Under the pieces are notes generated by a model. The model made no database searches and was not told where the DNA came from. It saw nothing but the letters and a program-made list of their open reading frames with translations. A DNA stretch of 53,973 bases from NCBI GenBank assembly GCA_039809385.1, contig JBDHUY010000014.1, positions 1 through 53,973 on the forward strand, read 5' to 3'. How positions within the stretch are numbered: position 1 is the first letter of the stretch; every line of letters begins with the position of its first letter. The position numbers and the translations under genes are program-made. This DNA comes from Candidatus Altimarinota bacterium (GTDB taxonomy: Bacteria; Patescibacteriota; Gracilibacteria; JBDHUY01). Below are positions 37,856 through 48,888 of the stretch, in pieces.

Positions 37856-38521
37856 ATGCTGTGTCTTGACCATGTTTCGTATGCTTATGAAAACGGCGGC
37901 GTATCGAGGAGCGTGCTGAACGATGTCTCGGTCGAGTTTCAACAGGGAGAGTATGTGGTCATTACCGGTGAGTCGGGGTCGGGCAAGACAACCCTGTTGC
38001 ACGTTCTGGCAGGTTTGCAAAAGCCTAGCGAAGGAAAGGTGTTCTTTCAGGATCGGGAGATCTATCGTTTGTCCGATAATCAGCTTTCTCAATGGCGCAA
38101 CGAATCGGTGGGGATGATTTTTCAGGAGTTTTATCTGGAGGAGAATCTGTCGGTGTTGAATAATGTTTTATTTCCCCGTTTCGTGCGAGGTAAGGTTTCG
38201 AGTACGGATCGTGCCGAAGCGCGTGCGGTTTTGTCGGAAGTCGGTTTGTCCGAAAAAGCCGACCAAAAGGCCCGTTTTCTTTCCGGCGGCCAGAAACAAC
38301 GGGTAGCGATTGCCCGGGCTCTGTTAAACTCGCCGCCGATTATTGTGGCTGACGAGCCGACTGCCAATCTCGATAGTAAAACTGGCGGAGAGATTCGCAA
38401 CCTTTTGCAGACACTCCATCAGAAAAAAGGAGCTACCATTATTCTCGTGACCCACGAGAACGGTCACGTGGGCTATGATCGGAAATTCTCTCTCCAGAAC
38501 GGCAATCTCGTGGCGTTATGA
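37856..38521 (+). CDS. ABC transporter ATP-binding protein (LolD/MacB-like)
   Basis: [33 protein letters not shown] and VTH. Confidence 0.93.
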   Translation: MLCLDHVSYAYENGGVSRSVLNDVSVEFQQGEYVVITGESGSGKTTLLHVLAGLQKPSEGKVFFQDREIYRLSDNQLSQWRNESVGMIFQEFYLEENLSVLNNVLFPRFVRGKVSSTDRAEARAVLSEVGLSEKADQKARFLSGGQKQRVAIARALLNSPPIIVADEPTANLDSKTGGEIRNLLQTLHQKKGATIILVTHENGHVGYDRKFSLQNGNLVAL

Positions 38522-39049
38522 TTTCTTGGATGTATTGTGCGTAGGATTCCCGAGCGCTTTAACCAGGAACTGAGCAGGAGTGTTTCCGCTCAACCGTATT
38601 CCCAAGCGCATCAACTGAGGTTGGGTTAGGGGCGTTTGCAATACACGGGTAATTTTTTCCAGAATCTCCAAGACTATAGTCTGTATTGTTTTTGAGTGAG
38701 TCAATTTTAGACGACCATCTCGCGTTAACTGCTCTAACAGAGATTTGGCATAGTAACTACTTAGCTGGTCTTTATACTCTGGTCTGCCTACGATACTTGA
38801 GAAGCGTCGTAAGATTTCTTGCTCCAACTGTTTCTTTCTGTCCCACTCCTCTGCATCTATTCCAAGATCGTGTGGACCCCATTTTTCCACAGCCTTGTCA
38901 TAGTAACTGCTTGTCCAGCCTCTCTGCTTACGTGTGTCTGCGATCGCTGTGTCAAATTTGGTTGCAACCTCATGGTATGCATCAATTAATGCTTGATCAT
39001 TAAACATTTCTATTGCTGATGATTCTGGTTGTACCTCACCTGATGTCAT
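38516..39049 (-). CDS. Hypothetical protein (AT-richer orphan)
   Basis: ORF convergent on the ABC gene; start at MTSGEV. Confidence 0.65.
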   Translation of the reverse strand: MTSGEVQPESSAIEMFNDQALIDAYHEVATKFDTAIADTRKQRGWTSSYYDKAVEKWGPHDLGIDAEEWDRKKQLEQEILRRFSSIVGRPEYKDQLSSYYAKSLLEQLTRDGRLKLTHSKTIQTIVLEILEKITRVLQTPLTQPQLMRLGIRLSGNTPAQFLVKALGNPTHNTSKKS

Positions 39050-39204
39050 AAGGAAGATTAAAATATAAGGAAGAAAACACTCTATTCGGTTTTTGAAAAA
39101 AGTCAATTCTTCCTTCTTTTTGCCACTCGGAAATACTCAAAAAAACCTGCATCTTTTATACATAGTTTCTATGTGCCTTCAATTAAATAGACTTTTTTTC
39201 TTCT

Positions 39205-39567
39205 CTACTTATTCGAAGCCACGGCCGTATCGCCGCGGATGAACTGGGGTAATTTTTCGCTTTTGACCATGTTCGCAACGACGGGATTGTTTTTGAGACT
39301 TTCCAACGAATTGTTCCGGGCAATCAGCATGTCCCATTTTTCTCCTTCCAGAATCAGATTGGTGCGTTCTTGCTCGAGATTTTTAAACGTGTAGCCCTTG
39401 GTAGCGTAAATATTGACGAAAAACAGATAGGTCACGCTCACCACCGAAGTCAGAATCAAAATGACGACCGTCAGCGAGACCGATCCGACATGGACCTTCT
39501 CGGAGAGCGTTCTCTTTTTGACACCCGGTTTTGTGTTGCGTGTGGCAGTTACCAGTAGACTGGCCAT
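39205..39567 (-). CDS. FtsL-like bitopic cell-division protein
   Basis: Directly after rsmH; basic N-terminus, one TM, short coiled coil. Confidence 0.6.
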   Translation of the reverse strand: MASLLVTATRNTKPGVKKRTLSEKVHVGSVSLTVVILILTSVVSVTYLFFVNIYATKGYTFKNLEQERTNLILEGEKWDMLIARNNSLESLKNNPVVANMVKSEKLPQFIRGDTAVASNK

Positions 39568-39745
39568 GACAGAGAGTTAAAAGTCTGTAAAGTTCTTAAA
39601 GTCAAAAAGTCGAAAGTAAACAAATACGAAATTTAAATTTCTAAATCCTAAACAATTTCTAAATCTTAAATAAGAAAAAATAAAATTTATGTAGTGTTGA
39701 ACATCGCAGAAATTCGTGCTTCGTATTTTTCTAGAATGTAGATGA

Positions 39746-40666
39746 TTAGTATCTTTTTTGAAGAACCCGTAATTTCGCACTTCTGGAACGCGGATTATCA
39801 GCTATCTCTTTTTCGGAAGGTATAGTTGGTTTCCGGGTCAGAATCTTTACTTGTGGCGTTCGATGGCAGATACAAACCGGTGTCAGTGGAGAACAGATGC
39901 ACCCTTGAGACAAATCTTTGAAATAGTCCTTTACAATCCTGTCTTCCAGGGAATGATAGCTAATTACGGCCATCTTTCCACCCGGTTTCAATACTTCGAA
40001 TCCGGCTTTTAATCCAATAGTGAGTACTTCCAGCTCGCGATTCACCACGATCCGCAATGCCTGGAATATCCGAGCTAGTGCGTCGTTCACTTGTCGGTAG
40101 ACAACTTCGGAGACGATCTTTTTCAGCGCAAACGACGTTTCTATTCTACCAGACCTGCGATGATAGACAATATTTTTTGTGATTGGGTGAGCAAATTTCT
40201 CCTCTCCATATGTTCTAAATATCCGGAAAAGCTCTTGTTCATGGGCAGTATTGAGAATATCTGCTGCCGTTTCGGTGAGGTTTGTATCGAAACGCATGTC
40301 CAGTTGTCCATCTTGCTGGAAACTGAAACCTCGTTGCGCATCATCCAGATGCGGAGAAGATAAACCCAGGTCAAACAGGATGGCATCGATCTTTTCAACT
40401 AGATTTCTCTCCTCGGCAATTTTTTTTATATGCTCAAAGTTGCCGTGTACGTAGACCATGTTTGGCGAATGCTCAAGTCTCTTTTGAGCCAGTACCAGGT
40501 TGCGCTGGTCGACATCGAGGCCAACGACCATGCCGGAAGTACCGACCAGCGAGAGGAACAGTTCGCTATGTCCTCCCAGTCCCAATGTGGCATCGAGTAC
40601 GATATCGCCTGTCCTGACTTCCAGTATCTTTCCTATTTCGTCGCGTAGAACGGGTATGTGTTGCAT
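39746..40666 (-). CDS. rsmH: 16S rRNA m4C1402 methyltransferase RsmH (MraW)
   Basis: HIPVL, DATLGLGGHS, DLGLSS, LDMRF, ISYHSLEDRIVK and NPRSRSAKLR. Confidence 0.97.
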   Translation of the reverse strand: MQHIPVLRDEIGKILEVRTGDIVLDATLGLGGHSELFLSLVGTSGMVVGLDVDQRNLVLAQKRLEHSPNMVYVHGNFEHIKKIAEERNLVEKIDAILFDLGLSSPHLDDAQRGFSFQQDGQLDMRFDTNLTETAADILNTAHEQELFRIFRTYGEEKFAHPITKNIVYHRRSGRIETSFALKKIVSEVVYRQVNDALARIFQALRIVVNRELEVLTIGLKAGFEVLKPGGKMAVISYHSLEDRIVKDYFKDLSQGCICSPLTPVCICHRTPQVKILTRKPTIPSEKEIADNPRSRSAKLRVLQKRY

Positions 40667-40902
40667 TAAAATACTCGAAGGACATCCGAAACGTACTAAT
40701 TTTTTGATCAGTTGTCAAAAGAAAATGTAAAAAAATACTATAAACTACTCTATTTTAGAGAATCCAGAGTATAAAAGTTGTTCACTCCAAAAACTTCTTC
40801 AATAACGCATTGATGGCAGCAAGATTTCAAAAAATGATCCTGTATCTTTTTTAGATATAAGCTTGTTTTTCAACCCTGAAGACTATCGTAACTGATAACT
40901 TG

Positions 40903-42105
40903 TCAAATTGCCCATGCTGTTCTTTGTCCGCTATCGTGTAGAGCAAAATCTAAGTTCAGAGGTGTATCACTTTCGATTCGTAATTGCCTGATCGCCCGGG
41001 TGATCCAACTGGTAACATGGGCTGGCATCTTAGGATGTTGTGAAAGTTGAAACCATCGCGTCAAATGGTAAGGGGATCCGTGAATGGCAACTGACTGGCT
41101 GATAAGTAGCTCATTTTCTTGAGAATCTGCTAATGAAAACAGCTCAGGTATTGCTAAGAAGCTCGTGTTATATCCTATATGCAAATAATGACCCTCTGAT
41201 ATAGAATTGCCAAGAACCATATTGGCAAAACTTAATCCATGAAAGATGTCGTGATTGTCACTATCGGTTTGCTTGAACTCCGGGTTGCGAAAAAAAGGTA
41301 TGATAATACGTCTAAAATATTGGGAATTTTCAGGTGTTTTTGCTATCTCCGGTACTTCAAAAAATAATTCCAGTATTCCTCCTCCCCGCTCTCCACAAAT
41401 ATACTCTGCTGCTGCATGTTTTCCGCTCTCTGTTTTGCCTAATCCTATAAACAACGTACACTTGTCATCCCAGGCTATCTTCGAGCTGGTGATGGACAGC
41501 TCCAGGTGTTCGATCAGCATATTAGTATCTTCTGGATCAAGCCTGATACTAACTGAGCTACCCTTCTCTTCCAGGAAACCTCTAAAGTTGAGATAATCGA
41601 ACTTTATTCCGGTTTCTCTCAGTTTTTCTCTTGAGGTATAAAATCTTGTTTCCTTGGTACTCAATAATGCTTCCAGTTTCTTACGTTCCTCCAAAAGTTC
41701 GGCGGGTGCTCTTGAATCTTCCATCTGTGAAAATTGTGTTTTTAAAGCTAGTAAGCCTGCCTTCATTGAAGGTACCTCGTCGGGAGAAAACAGATTGGTA
41801 TCATTGGTAGGTTTGGCTGTTTCTTCTGTACGATTCGGCATGGATATTTGGAGCAGTCTTTCGGCAAATTCCTCTACAGTCATACTTAGGTCCCTTGCTC
41901 TCTCGGCTATGATGTCAAACGTTGTATACTCAATGGGTACTTCAATAGAGGGATGAAGAGCCGATGGAGTGATGGTAGTGAGTGTCTTTGCTAATGTGTC
42001 GGCTTGAATATCTTGTACTACGTTGACCCTGGCTGTTAGTTCCTCGGATATTTGTTTCGGTGTCTCATTGGAGGGTGGCAGGATAAGTAGGAGAGGTTTG
42101 GACAT
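40903..42105 (-). CDS. Hypothetical protein (orphan)
   Basis: 400-aa ORF with no recognised motif. Confidence 0.75.
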   Translation of the reverse strand: MSKPLLLILPPSNETPKQISEELTARVNVVQDIQADTLAKTLTTITPSALHPSIEVPIEYTTFDIIAERARDLSMTVEEFAERLLQISMPNRTEETAKPTNDTNLFSPDEVPSMKAGLLALKTQFSQMEDSRAPAELLEERKKLEALLSTKETRFYTSREKLRETGIKFDYLNFRGFLEEKGSSVSIRLDPEDTNMLIEHLELSITSSKIAWDDKCTLFIGLGKTESGKHAAAEYICGERGGGILELFFEVPEIAKTPENSQYFRRIIIPFFRNPEFKQTDSDNHDIFHGLSFANMVLGNSISEGHYLHIGYNTSFLAIPELFSLADSQENELLISQSVAIHGSPYHLTRWFQLSQHPKMPAHVTSWITRAIRQLRIESDTPLNLDFALHDSGQRTAWAI

Positions 42106-42277
42106 GTATCTGTAGTTAGGTGAATTAAGCTAAGTGATATTGGAGGTATTTTACATGTCTTTAGTGAGTATGGCTTTGTCTTTGACTCGCATAGTTTCTC
42201 TGGAATCTCTCTTCAGAGTTTGTCTCGCGTATCTCTTTATTATAACATGTATTAGAACTCGCGATAGTATTTTATCG

Positions 42278-43879
42278 TCACTCCGATAATATGCGGTCTA
42301 CCTGAGTGGCGATAGATACAAAAACTTTCGCAAGACCATTTAAGTAACTATGTACCGGACATCCTTTGGGAGCAGAAGGATCGATGGTAACATATCTGGA
42401 CTGGTCTATTTGGAATTGCGAAAATACCTCATTCATAAATTGAGTATCCAAACTGATTTCTCCAGTATTGCTCGCAAGAACAGGTTGGGTAAATATATTA
42501 CCGGCAAATACGAACGGACTGACAAATCCCATGCGACTTTCCTGAGCTAGTTCGCCGATTAGGCCATTGCGCGCTATTTTTTTTGCGAGCTCTATCGCAC
42601 TTGGTATTCCGGGTACTCTTTGTCCTGTAGCGAGACATAGCGCTTGAGCTAAACTCGTGATCCCTTCATTGAGTGTAGCAAGGGGGCCATTTTGATAGTG
42701 GAGCGCGTTGGGATCTCTCATTTCTTTTACCTCTTGGCCACGTGCGGTGTGTTTTTCTATTAACGCTCGATATTTATCGGTATAATCCCTTATCTGCTGG
42801 TTGACATCTGGTTGATTGATGTGTTCTAAAATGATACGCGTGGTAATTACCAACGTTTTGGCCCAGCGTTCACCATATGCTCCTACTGGCAGCATAATGA
42901 AAGATTTGTCACCGAACATAAGACCCTCATTCTCTTGTAACATCTCTATATTGCTCCACACCTGGGTCGGGGCTTTGCGAAAATAGTGGGTATGCTGCAT
43001 CCAATGCTTGTGAAATGTATGCATTCTTTTATCGACATTTGTCTCCCAACTTTGAATTATAGGGGATAACTGTTCCTGTATTTCTGGGGTCAGATTGTTG
43101 ATATAAGTAATAAAAATATCATTTTCAGGCGTATTCCAAGCATTTCTGAATAGCCACACATGAAAATCTTTGATTGCGGGCGTAAATATTTTTCTGAGCC
43201 AGGTGCAAACGATATGTCGTCGTAGAGTAGGGTCTGGGATATTGAGGCCAAGTTTTTTCAGGTAATCGTAGTATGGGGATTCCCCACCCTTTCGTGGTAG
43301 AGTGTCTTCGATCGTTCGTCCTATATCTGTGGGGCTGAAATTCCTGTCAAAGAAATCACGGCATTGTCTGTATATGTTCTCTGCCTCGGGGAATCTTTGC
43401 AAGTCAAATGTATTCGATACTTGAATGTCGGTATCCCTTAAAAAAATCCCGACTCCTGCTTGATATATGCTTGGTACAAGAATCTTATGGAGAATGTTGC
43501 CAAAAACATCATTTGAATCTAGTAGATCGGTGAAACATTGATTATTAAAGGATGCTGCGCCCGGTACTTCTCGTTCCACAGCTGTACCTTGTTTAATAGA
43601 ACTGTTAAGGCTCAACTCAAAAACTTTTGGACTGCGAATCTTTACTAATACGTCCAAAGGGATGGTCGGACCTACTTGCGGTTCTCGTTTTTTATCGCTC
43701 AGTATATCCTCGATAATCTCGGTCAGGTCGGTTCCAGGTAGTTCTACAATCGCTTTCGACGTTTCTCGTACGATTGGTCCAAAAACCTGTTCTAGTAACT
43801 GATGTACCTCCAGGGCGGTTTTTGGCTCTGCTGCCGGGGGCGAATTATGAGGTGCGGGCAAATGGAAAGGACAAGGCAT
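42278..43879 (-). CDS. Hypothetical protein with terminal Cys-Pro motifs
   Basis: 533-aa ORF; N-terminal CPFH and C-terminal GCPVH. Confidence 0.75.
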   Translation of the reverse strand: MPCPFHLPAPHNSPPAAEPKTALEVHQLLEQVFGPIVRETSKAIVELPGTDLTEIIEDILSDKKREPQVGPTIPLDVLVKIRSPKVFELSLNSSIKQGTAVEREVPGAASFNNQCFTDLLDSNDVFGNILHKILVPSIYQAGVGIFLRDTDIQVSNTFDLQRFPEAENIYRQCRDFFDRNFSPTDIGRTIEDTLPRKGGESPYYDYLKKLGLNIPDPTLRRHIVCTWLRKIFTPAIKDFHVWLFRNAWNTPENDIFITYINNLTPEIQEQLSPIIQSWETNVDKRMHTFHKHWMQHTHYFRKAPTQVWSNIEMLQENEGLMFGDKSFIMLPVGAYGERWAKTLVITTRIILEHINQPDVNQQIRDYTDKYRALIEKHTARGQEVKEMRDPNALHYQNGPLATLNEGITSLAQALCLATGQRVPGIPSAIELAKKIARNGLIGELAQESRMGFVSPFVFAGNIFTQPVLASNTGEISLDTQFMNEVFSQFQIDQSRYVTIDPSAPKGCPVHSYLNGLAKVFVSIATQVDRILSE

Positions 43880-44060
43880 GGTGGTATAGTTATATAGCGA
43901 AAGATTAAAAAGGGAAGGCTTTTCTGCAGTCAGTATCTAACGTACTTTGCGCTTATTGTTATGAGGATACTGAAACGAAAAAGAAGCTAATCTATCGAAT
44001 AGCCAATTATTTGTCAATAAAACAATAACAAAAATTGTTGCCACTTATCAATACCGAAGT

Positions 44061-46265
44061 CTATCCTGTATTCTCCTCTTCCCGCTGCTTCAAAATCTCT
44101 TCCGGATTCGTTGTAATAATCTTGTCCTCGGTATACGAAGCAATGATTTGAATAGCCACATGTTTGTTGCCGGCAAAAAACAGACCCTGACCAACACCGC
44201 TGTTGAGGAGCAAGTAACGTTCTCCTTCGGTCAAGTTAAATATTTTTTGTAAAGCATCGATCGAAGCGGTCGATTGTTTCAGCAGCAGCTGCAGTGACGA
44301 GTTGCTGATGATCGGTTTGCCGTATGGACTTTTCACGAAATCCTCCACGTCCTGCGTGATCGTTGAAATCCCCAGATAATACTTCCGTGCGCGCTTGACC
44401 AGACCATATAAAAATCGTCCCGAATCCTCGTACTGCAGCATTGTCCAGGCTTCGTCGATGACCATCAGACGGCGCTTCAGCGAACTTCTCACCCGGTTCC
44501 AGATATAATTTAAAATGATATACATCGCGGTCGGACGCAGCTGATCTTCCAGGTCGCGGATGCAAAAAACCACCATTCCGCTTTTCAGATCAATGTTACT
44601 GGGTTTGTTAAAAATACCCGAATAGGATCCGGTCACATATTTCTCCACGCGTTTGACCAGACTGTCCGTCCCGTCCATGGTCTGGAGGATCTGGTACAGA
44701 TCTTCCATGGTCGGTGGTTCGAATTCGCCTGGATTAGGAGTTTCGATGGTAATCCCTTTGAGAGCATAGACATCAATCAGCGCTTTGTCGATCAGCGCTT
44801 CTTCTTCTGGGGTCAATTTCCCGAGCATCAGGTTAAAGAGTCCTTGTAAGGTAATGATATTCGATCTCAAGAGATCGCCGGGTTTGGTTTCCTCGTCTTT
44901 GATCCCCAGAGGTAAATCAAAAGGATTGATCCGCTTATCAGAGTTAAGCGATACGCGTAAATAGGAACCGCCGACCACCGAAGCCAGGGCTTCGTATTCG
45001 TTTTCGGGATCGATCACGATCACGTCGGTCCCGAGCATCATGCTGCGCAAAATTTCCAATTTGACCGCATATGATTTACCGGCGCCCGACTTGGCGAAAA
45101 TCACCGAGTTGGCGTTTTCCAGTTTAAACCGGTCGAAGATAATCAGGCTGTCGTTATGCCGGTTCAGTCCGTACAGGATACCTTCGTTCGAGGTTAGATC
45201 CGAAGAAGTAAACGGAAAGGCTGTTGACAGGGGATTGGTATTCATGTTGCGGGTCACGCCCATTTCGTCCAGTGCCATCGGCAGACAGGCGTTAAAAGCA
45301 TGCTCCATCTGTAAAAATGCCGGCTTGATCGTGACCAGCTTTCCGCCCAGCATGGTTTCAAGCTGCTTGGTAATTTTCTCCAGCTTTTTCTCGTCATCGG
45401 CGTACACCGTAAAATAGAGCGACAATTGAAACATCTTTTCATAGCCGCGCTGTAGAGCGTCGCGCAGTTCCTCCGCATCTTGCAGCGTCGCTTCCAGCGC
45501 CGGATCGCGCACATTGCCTTTTTCAGCATTGATGCCAATCGATGCGCGCAGCTGAGCTACTTTGTTGCGTAAAAATTTCATGATCGAAGCCGAATCGATC
45601 GGGTAGATAAACATCGATACATCCATGGTAACGTCGAAGTTGATGACCGGAGAAAGCCAGTTCGTTTCGATAAAACCCGGGTATCCGAATACAAAATAGC
45701 TTTTGGCATACATACCGCTGACCCGGAAGTTGCTGAATGTAAATTCGAGTGCAGAAGGGGCGATCAGGTCGCGCACTGAGACTAAACCTTGTTCATATAT
45801 TTTTTGAGCATCGCGAATCTCTTTCTTCTCCTGCTCGGTGAGGGGACGGTTGTCGGTCTCCGCTGTCGTAGTAGCTGTCGCAACTGCTGTTGAAGCAGAG
45901 GTTGCCAGATTTCCAGTCGTTGGCGGAGTCTGCGGCGATAGAGTAGTCGCCTGCCCTTGCGACGCCAGATATTTTTGACGATTGGCACTGACGTGCTGAT
46001 TCCACAGTCCCTGGAGTTTTGCAATAAAGCCGCTCAGGCCGCCGGCAGGTTTAGGGACTGGCGTTGGTGAGGCGGGTAGAGGGGAGTGTTCGGTCGGTGC
46101 GGTATTCGATTTGGTAATATTTGCTTTCAGATCGAGTACCGGACCTCCGGATGCGAACGCATTCGATGCAGATGCTGTATTCAGATTCAGCACATTCTCG
46201 TTCCCGGGAGGAGCGGCAACGACCGGACGTTCCAGTAAATTCGTATTCGTAAGAGGTTCGGGCAT
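44061..46265 (-). CDS. VirB4/TraC-like type IV secretion ATPase
   Basis: LYGLNRHN, AKSGAGKS Walker A, VIDPENEY, INPFD, VIDEAW and RARKY...ITQDVEDF. Confidence 0.9.
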   Translation of the reverse strand: MPEPLTNTNLLERPVVAAPPGNENVLNLNTASASNAFASGGPVLDLKANITKSNTAPTEHSPLPASPTPVPKPAGGLSGFIAKLQGLWNQHVSANRQKYLASQGQATTLSPQTPPTTGNLATSASTAVATATTTAETDNRPLTEQEKKEIRDAQKIYEQGLVSVRDLIAPSALEFTFSNFRVSGMYAKSYFVFGYPGFIETNWLSPVINFDVTMDVSMFIYPIDSASIMKFLRNKVAQLRASIGINAEKGNVRDPALEATLQDAEELRDALQRGYEKMFQLSLYFTVYADDEKKLEKITKQLETMLGGKLVTIKPAFLQMEHAFNACLPMALDEMGVTRNMNTNPLSTAFPFTSSDLTSNEGILYGLNRHNDSLIIFDRFKLENANSVIFAKSGAGKSYAVKLEILRSMMLGTDVIVIDPENEYEALASVVGGSYLRVSLNSDKRINPFDLPLGIKDEETKPGDLLRSNIITLQGLFNLMLGKLTPEEEALIDKALIDVYALKGITIETPNPGEFEPPTMEDLYQILQTMDGTDSLVKRVEKYVTGSYSGIFNKPSNIDLKSGMVVFCIRDLEDQLRPTAMYIILNYIWNRVRSSLKRRLMVIDEAWTMLQYEDSGRFLYGLVKRARKYYLGISTITQDVEDFVKSPYGKPIISNSSLQLLLKQSTASIDALQKIFNLTEGERYLLLNSGVGQGLFFAGNKHVAIQIIASYTEDKIITTNPEEILKQREEENTG

Positions 46266-46373
46266 AGGGAGAACAAAATATGTCTGATCATTATACCAAA
46301 AAGAGAGAAAACCAACAATGCTTCTGGACTTTTTCCCCGCGCAGGGCTATAAAGGGAATAGATCACTCACTTC

Positions 46374-46604
46374 ATGCTCATGCCTATGTGGATTATTCTG
46401 GTCGGAGCGAATCTCGTGATCTTGACTCTGGCTGTCATTTTATGGCGGCGTTTTTATAAGCGCCACGTTCTCTATCATTTTCACAACCGGTCGATCCATT
46501 TGTTATCGCGCTGGATCGGGCATCGTCAGCTCTTTGTGTTATATGTATTGCATATAGGTATCGTTTTAGCCGGTACTTCTTTTCTCGTACTGTATGTCTG
46601 GTAA
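46374..46604 (+). CDS. Small 2-TM membrane protein
   Basis: 76 aa; overlaps the next gene. Confidence 0.55.
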   Translation: MLMPMWIILVGANLVILTLAVILWRRFYKRHVLYHFHNRSIHLLSRWIGHRQLFVLYVLHIGIVLAGTSFLVLYVW

Positions 46605-47199
46605 TAAACTCTTTCCCGGCCAGCACGAAAATGAAGAAATTATTTTCTTTTTCCAAAAACACTGGGTCGAACTTATCTACCCGGTCGGACGTTTTTTGGT
46701 TGAACAGTTTTTGATTTTTATGGTGCTTTTGTTTATGTATTTTCGGGGGCAAAATCTGCTTCATACGCTGGAAGGGCGGATCATGACTGTCGTGGTCATT
46801 GTTTCGGTCATGTTCACCGTGTTTACGTTATGGATCCGCTTGTTCAATTTTTTCCTGCGACTGATCATTATCACCGAATACCGACTGGTGGATGTCAAAC
46901 ATCAACTTTTTATCACGAACGACGAGAATGTCATAGATTTTACCAGCGTACAAGACGTCCGAGCCGAAACCCACGGTTTTTTTAATAACATTATCAAATG
47001 CGGTACGTTGACGTTTGTTTTTGCCGGAACGAACGAACCCAAAGTTTTTCATAATGTTATGCACCCGCATAAGATATCGGCCCGTATTATGCAGGTGCGG
47101 GAAATTCATCGCCAGTTGTCACAATCTTCGCTGACGCCCGCTTTTGCTCCCCCGGTTCAAACACGACCTGACTTGTCCAGACCGGTTACTCCCGCTTGA
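46594..47199 (+). CDS. Membrane protein with bacterial PH-like domain
   Basis: FPGQHENEEI...KHW, 2 TM, IITEYRLVD...VQDV...GFF..I..CGTL. Confidence 0.75.
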   Translation: MSGNKLFPGQHENEEIIFFFQKHWVELIYPVGRFLVEQFLIFMVLLFMYFRGQNLLHTLEGRIMTVVVIVSVMFTVFTLWIRLFNFFLRLIIITEYRLVDVKHQLFITNDENVIDFTSVQDVRAETHGFFNNIIKCGTLTFVFAGTNEPKVFHNVMHPHKISARIMQVREIHRQLSQSSLTPAFAPPVQTRPDLSRPVTPA

Positions 47200-47274
47200 A
47201 AGGTCGACCTTGTTTTTGTTATGATTACTCGGTATATGTTATATCGTTCTTTTTCGTTAACTCTTTTTCTCTCT

Positions 47275-48681
47275 ATGCCCAAGCCAACCCTGCAGTATGA
47301 AAATCACAGTTGTTATGACCAATGGCCTCGGTCGAAATTTAACCGAGCAACCGACTTTTGCGAAGAGTACAAACAATTTCTCAATATCGCCAAAACCGAA
47401 CGTTTGTGCGTGCGGGAAGGGATCGCCTTTCTGGAAAAGAACGGGTTTGTCGACTTTCGAGGTCTTGCGGGTAAAAGAGTACTTCCCGGTGCAAAGATCT
47501 ATTTCAACCAGCGCGGTAAAGCTCTGCTTGCCGTTATCATCGGCAAGCAGGATCCCGTAGCAGGTTTCAATATGGTTTTGACACATATCGATTCGCCCCG
47601 GATCGATCTCAAAGTCAGACCTTTGTATGAAGAAAGCGGTTTTGCTTTGCTGAAAACTCATTACTATGGTGGAATCAAAAAATATCAGTGGCCGGTTATT
47701 CCGCTCGCTTTACATGGCGTGGTAGTCTTACGGAATGGTCAGAAAATCGAAATCCATATTGGCGAGTCGAAGGACGACCCCGTTTTTGTCATTACTGACT
47801 TGTTGCCGCATGTCGCCCGTAAACAGCTCGAACGCAAGGCTTCCGAATTTATTACCGGAGAAGAGCTCAACATTCTGGTCGGCAGCCAGCCGGTTCCGGA
47901 TAAAAAAGTCAAGGAACGGATCAAAATGGCTATACTGGAAGTGTTACATAAAAAATACGGAATGATCGAAGAAGATTTTCTCAGTGCCGAAATCGAGGCG
48001 GTTCCGGCGTTCGAGCCCCGCGATATTGGATTCGACCGCAGTTTTATCGGCGGATACGGTCACGACGACCGTTCTTCGTCTTTTGTCGCTCTCAGAGCTT
48101 TATTGGCTCTCAAAAAGACCCCCTCCCGCTCGTGTCTGTTTTATTGGGCGGATAAAGAAGAAGTTGGCAGTCAGGGAGCTACCGGAGCTCAATCGGCTTT
48201 TTTGTCGCATTGTGTTGGAAAAATAATCAAAATGGTAAAAGGAGCTGTATATGAAGATGAAGTTCGTGATGCATTCTCCAATACCTACGGATTGTCGGCC
48301 GATGTCGATGCAGCCTATGATCCCGATTATAGTGAGTTTCACGATGTCAAAAATTCGGCCCGATTGAATCATGGTGTGGTACTGGTCAAATATACCGGGT
48401 TCGGCGGCAAATATATGGCCAGCGATGCTGATGCCGAATATATGGGACAAGTTCGAAAACTTTTTCACGATCACAAGATCGTGTGGCAGACCGGAGTTGT
48501 TGGGAAAGTCGATGTCGGCGGCGGAGGGACGATTGCCTATATGTTGGCGAACCTTGGCATGCACGTCGTTGATTGCGGACCAGCTGTGCTTAGCATGCAC
48601 GCACCGTTCGAAATTATTTCCAAAGTTGATCTGTATGCTACGTTTGAAGCGTATCAGACATTTTATGAGTTTATGAAGTAA
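47275..48681 (+). CDS. M18-family aminopeptidase
   Basis: KTER, HIDSPRIDLK, HYYGGIKKYQW, GHDDR, DKEEVGS, GGGGTIA and SMHAP. Confidence 0.93.
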   Translation: MPKPTLQYENHSCYDQWPRSKFNRATDFCEEYKQFLNIAKTERLCVREGIAFLEKNGFVDFRGLAGKRVLPGAKIYFNQRGKALLAVIIGKQDPVAGFNMVLTHIDSPRIDLKVRPLYEESGFALLKTHYYGGIKKYQWPVIPLALHGVVVLRNGQKIEIHIGESKDDPVFVITDLLPHVARKQLERKASEFITGEELNILVGSQPVPDKKVKERIKMAILEVLHKKYGMIEEDFLSAEIEAVPAFEPRDIGFDRSFIGGYGHDDRSSSFVALRALLALKKTPSRSCLFYWADKEEVGSQGATGAQSAFLSHCVGKIIKMVKGAVYEDEVRDAFSNTYGLSADVDAAYDPDYSEFHDVKNSARLNHGVVLVKYTGFGGKYMASDADAEYMGQVRKLFHDHKIVWQTGVVGKVDVGGGGTIAYMLANLGMHVVDCGPAVLSMHAPFEIISKVDLYATFEAYQTFYEFMK

Positions 48682-48814
48682 GGGATGAGGTCCAAAGTCC
48701 ATATTCTTAAATGACCTATTCCCATACCTACTCGAGAATACTTTATACTTTGCTTTTACAAATAATCCTCTCTGGTTATAATAGAAATACTGTGTTTGAA
48801 CGATTCGCTTTCAT

Positions 48815-48888
48815 GGTGCGTTGGCCGAGGAGCTAGGCAGCGGTCTGCAAAACCGTTTACAGCGGTGCAAATCCGCTACGCACCTCCA
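48815..48888 (+). tRNA. tRNA-Cys(GCA)
   Basis: Cloverleaf: acceptor GGTGCGT/ACGCACC, anticodon loop CTGCAAA, U discriminator, encoded CCA. Confidence 0.95.

Noticed and set aside
48815-48888. Functional clustering of tRNA-Cys and cysS with the Cys-rich proteins
   Set aside because: They are 10-25 kb apart in unrelated operons; likely coincidence in a small genome
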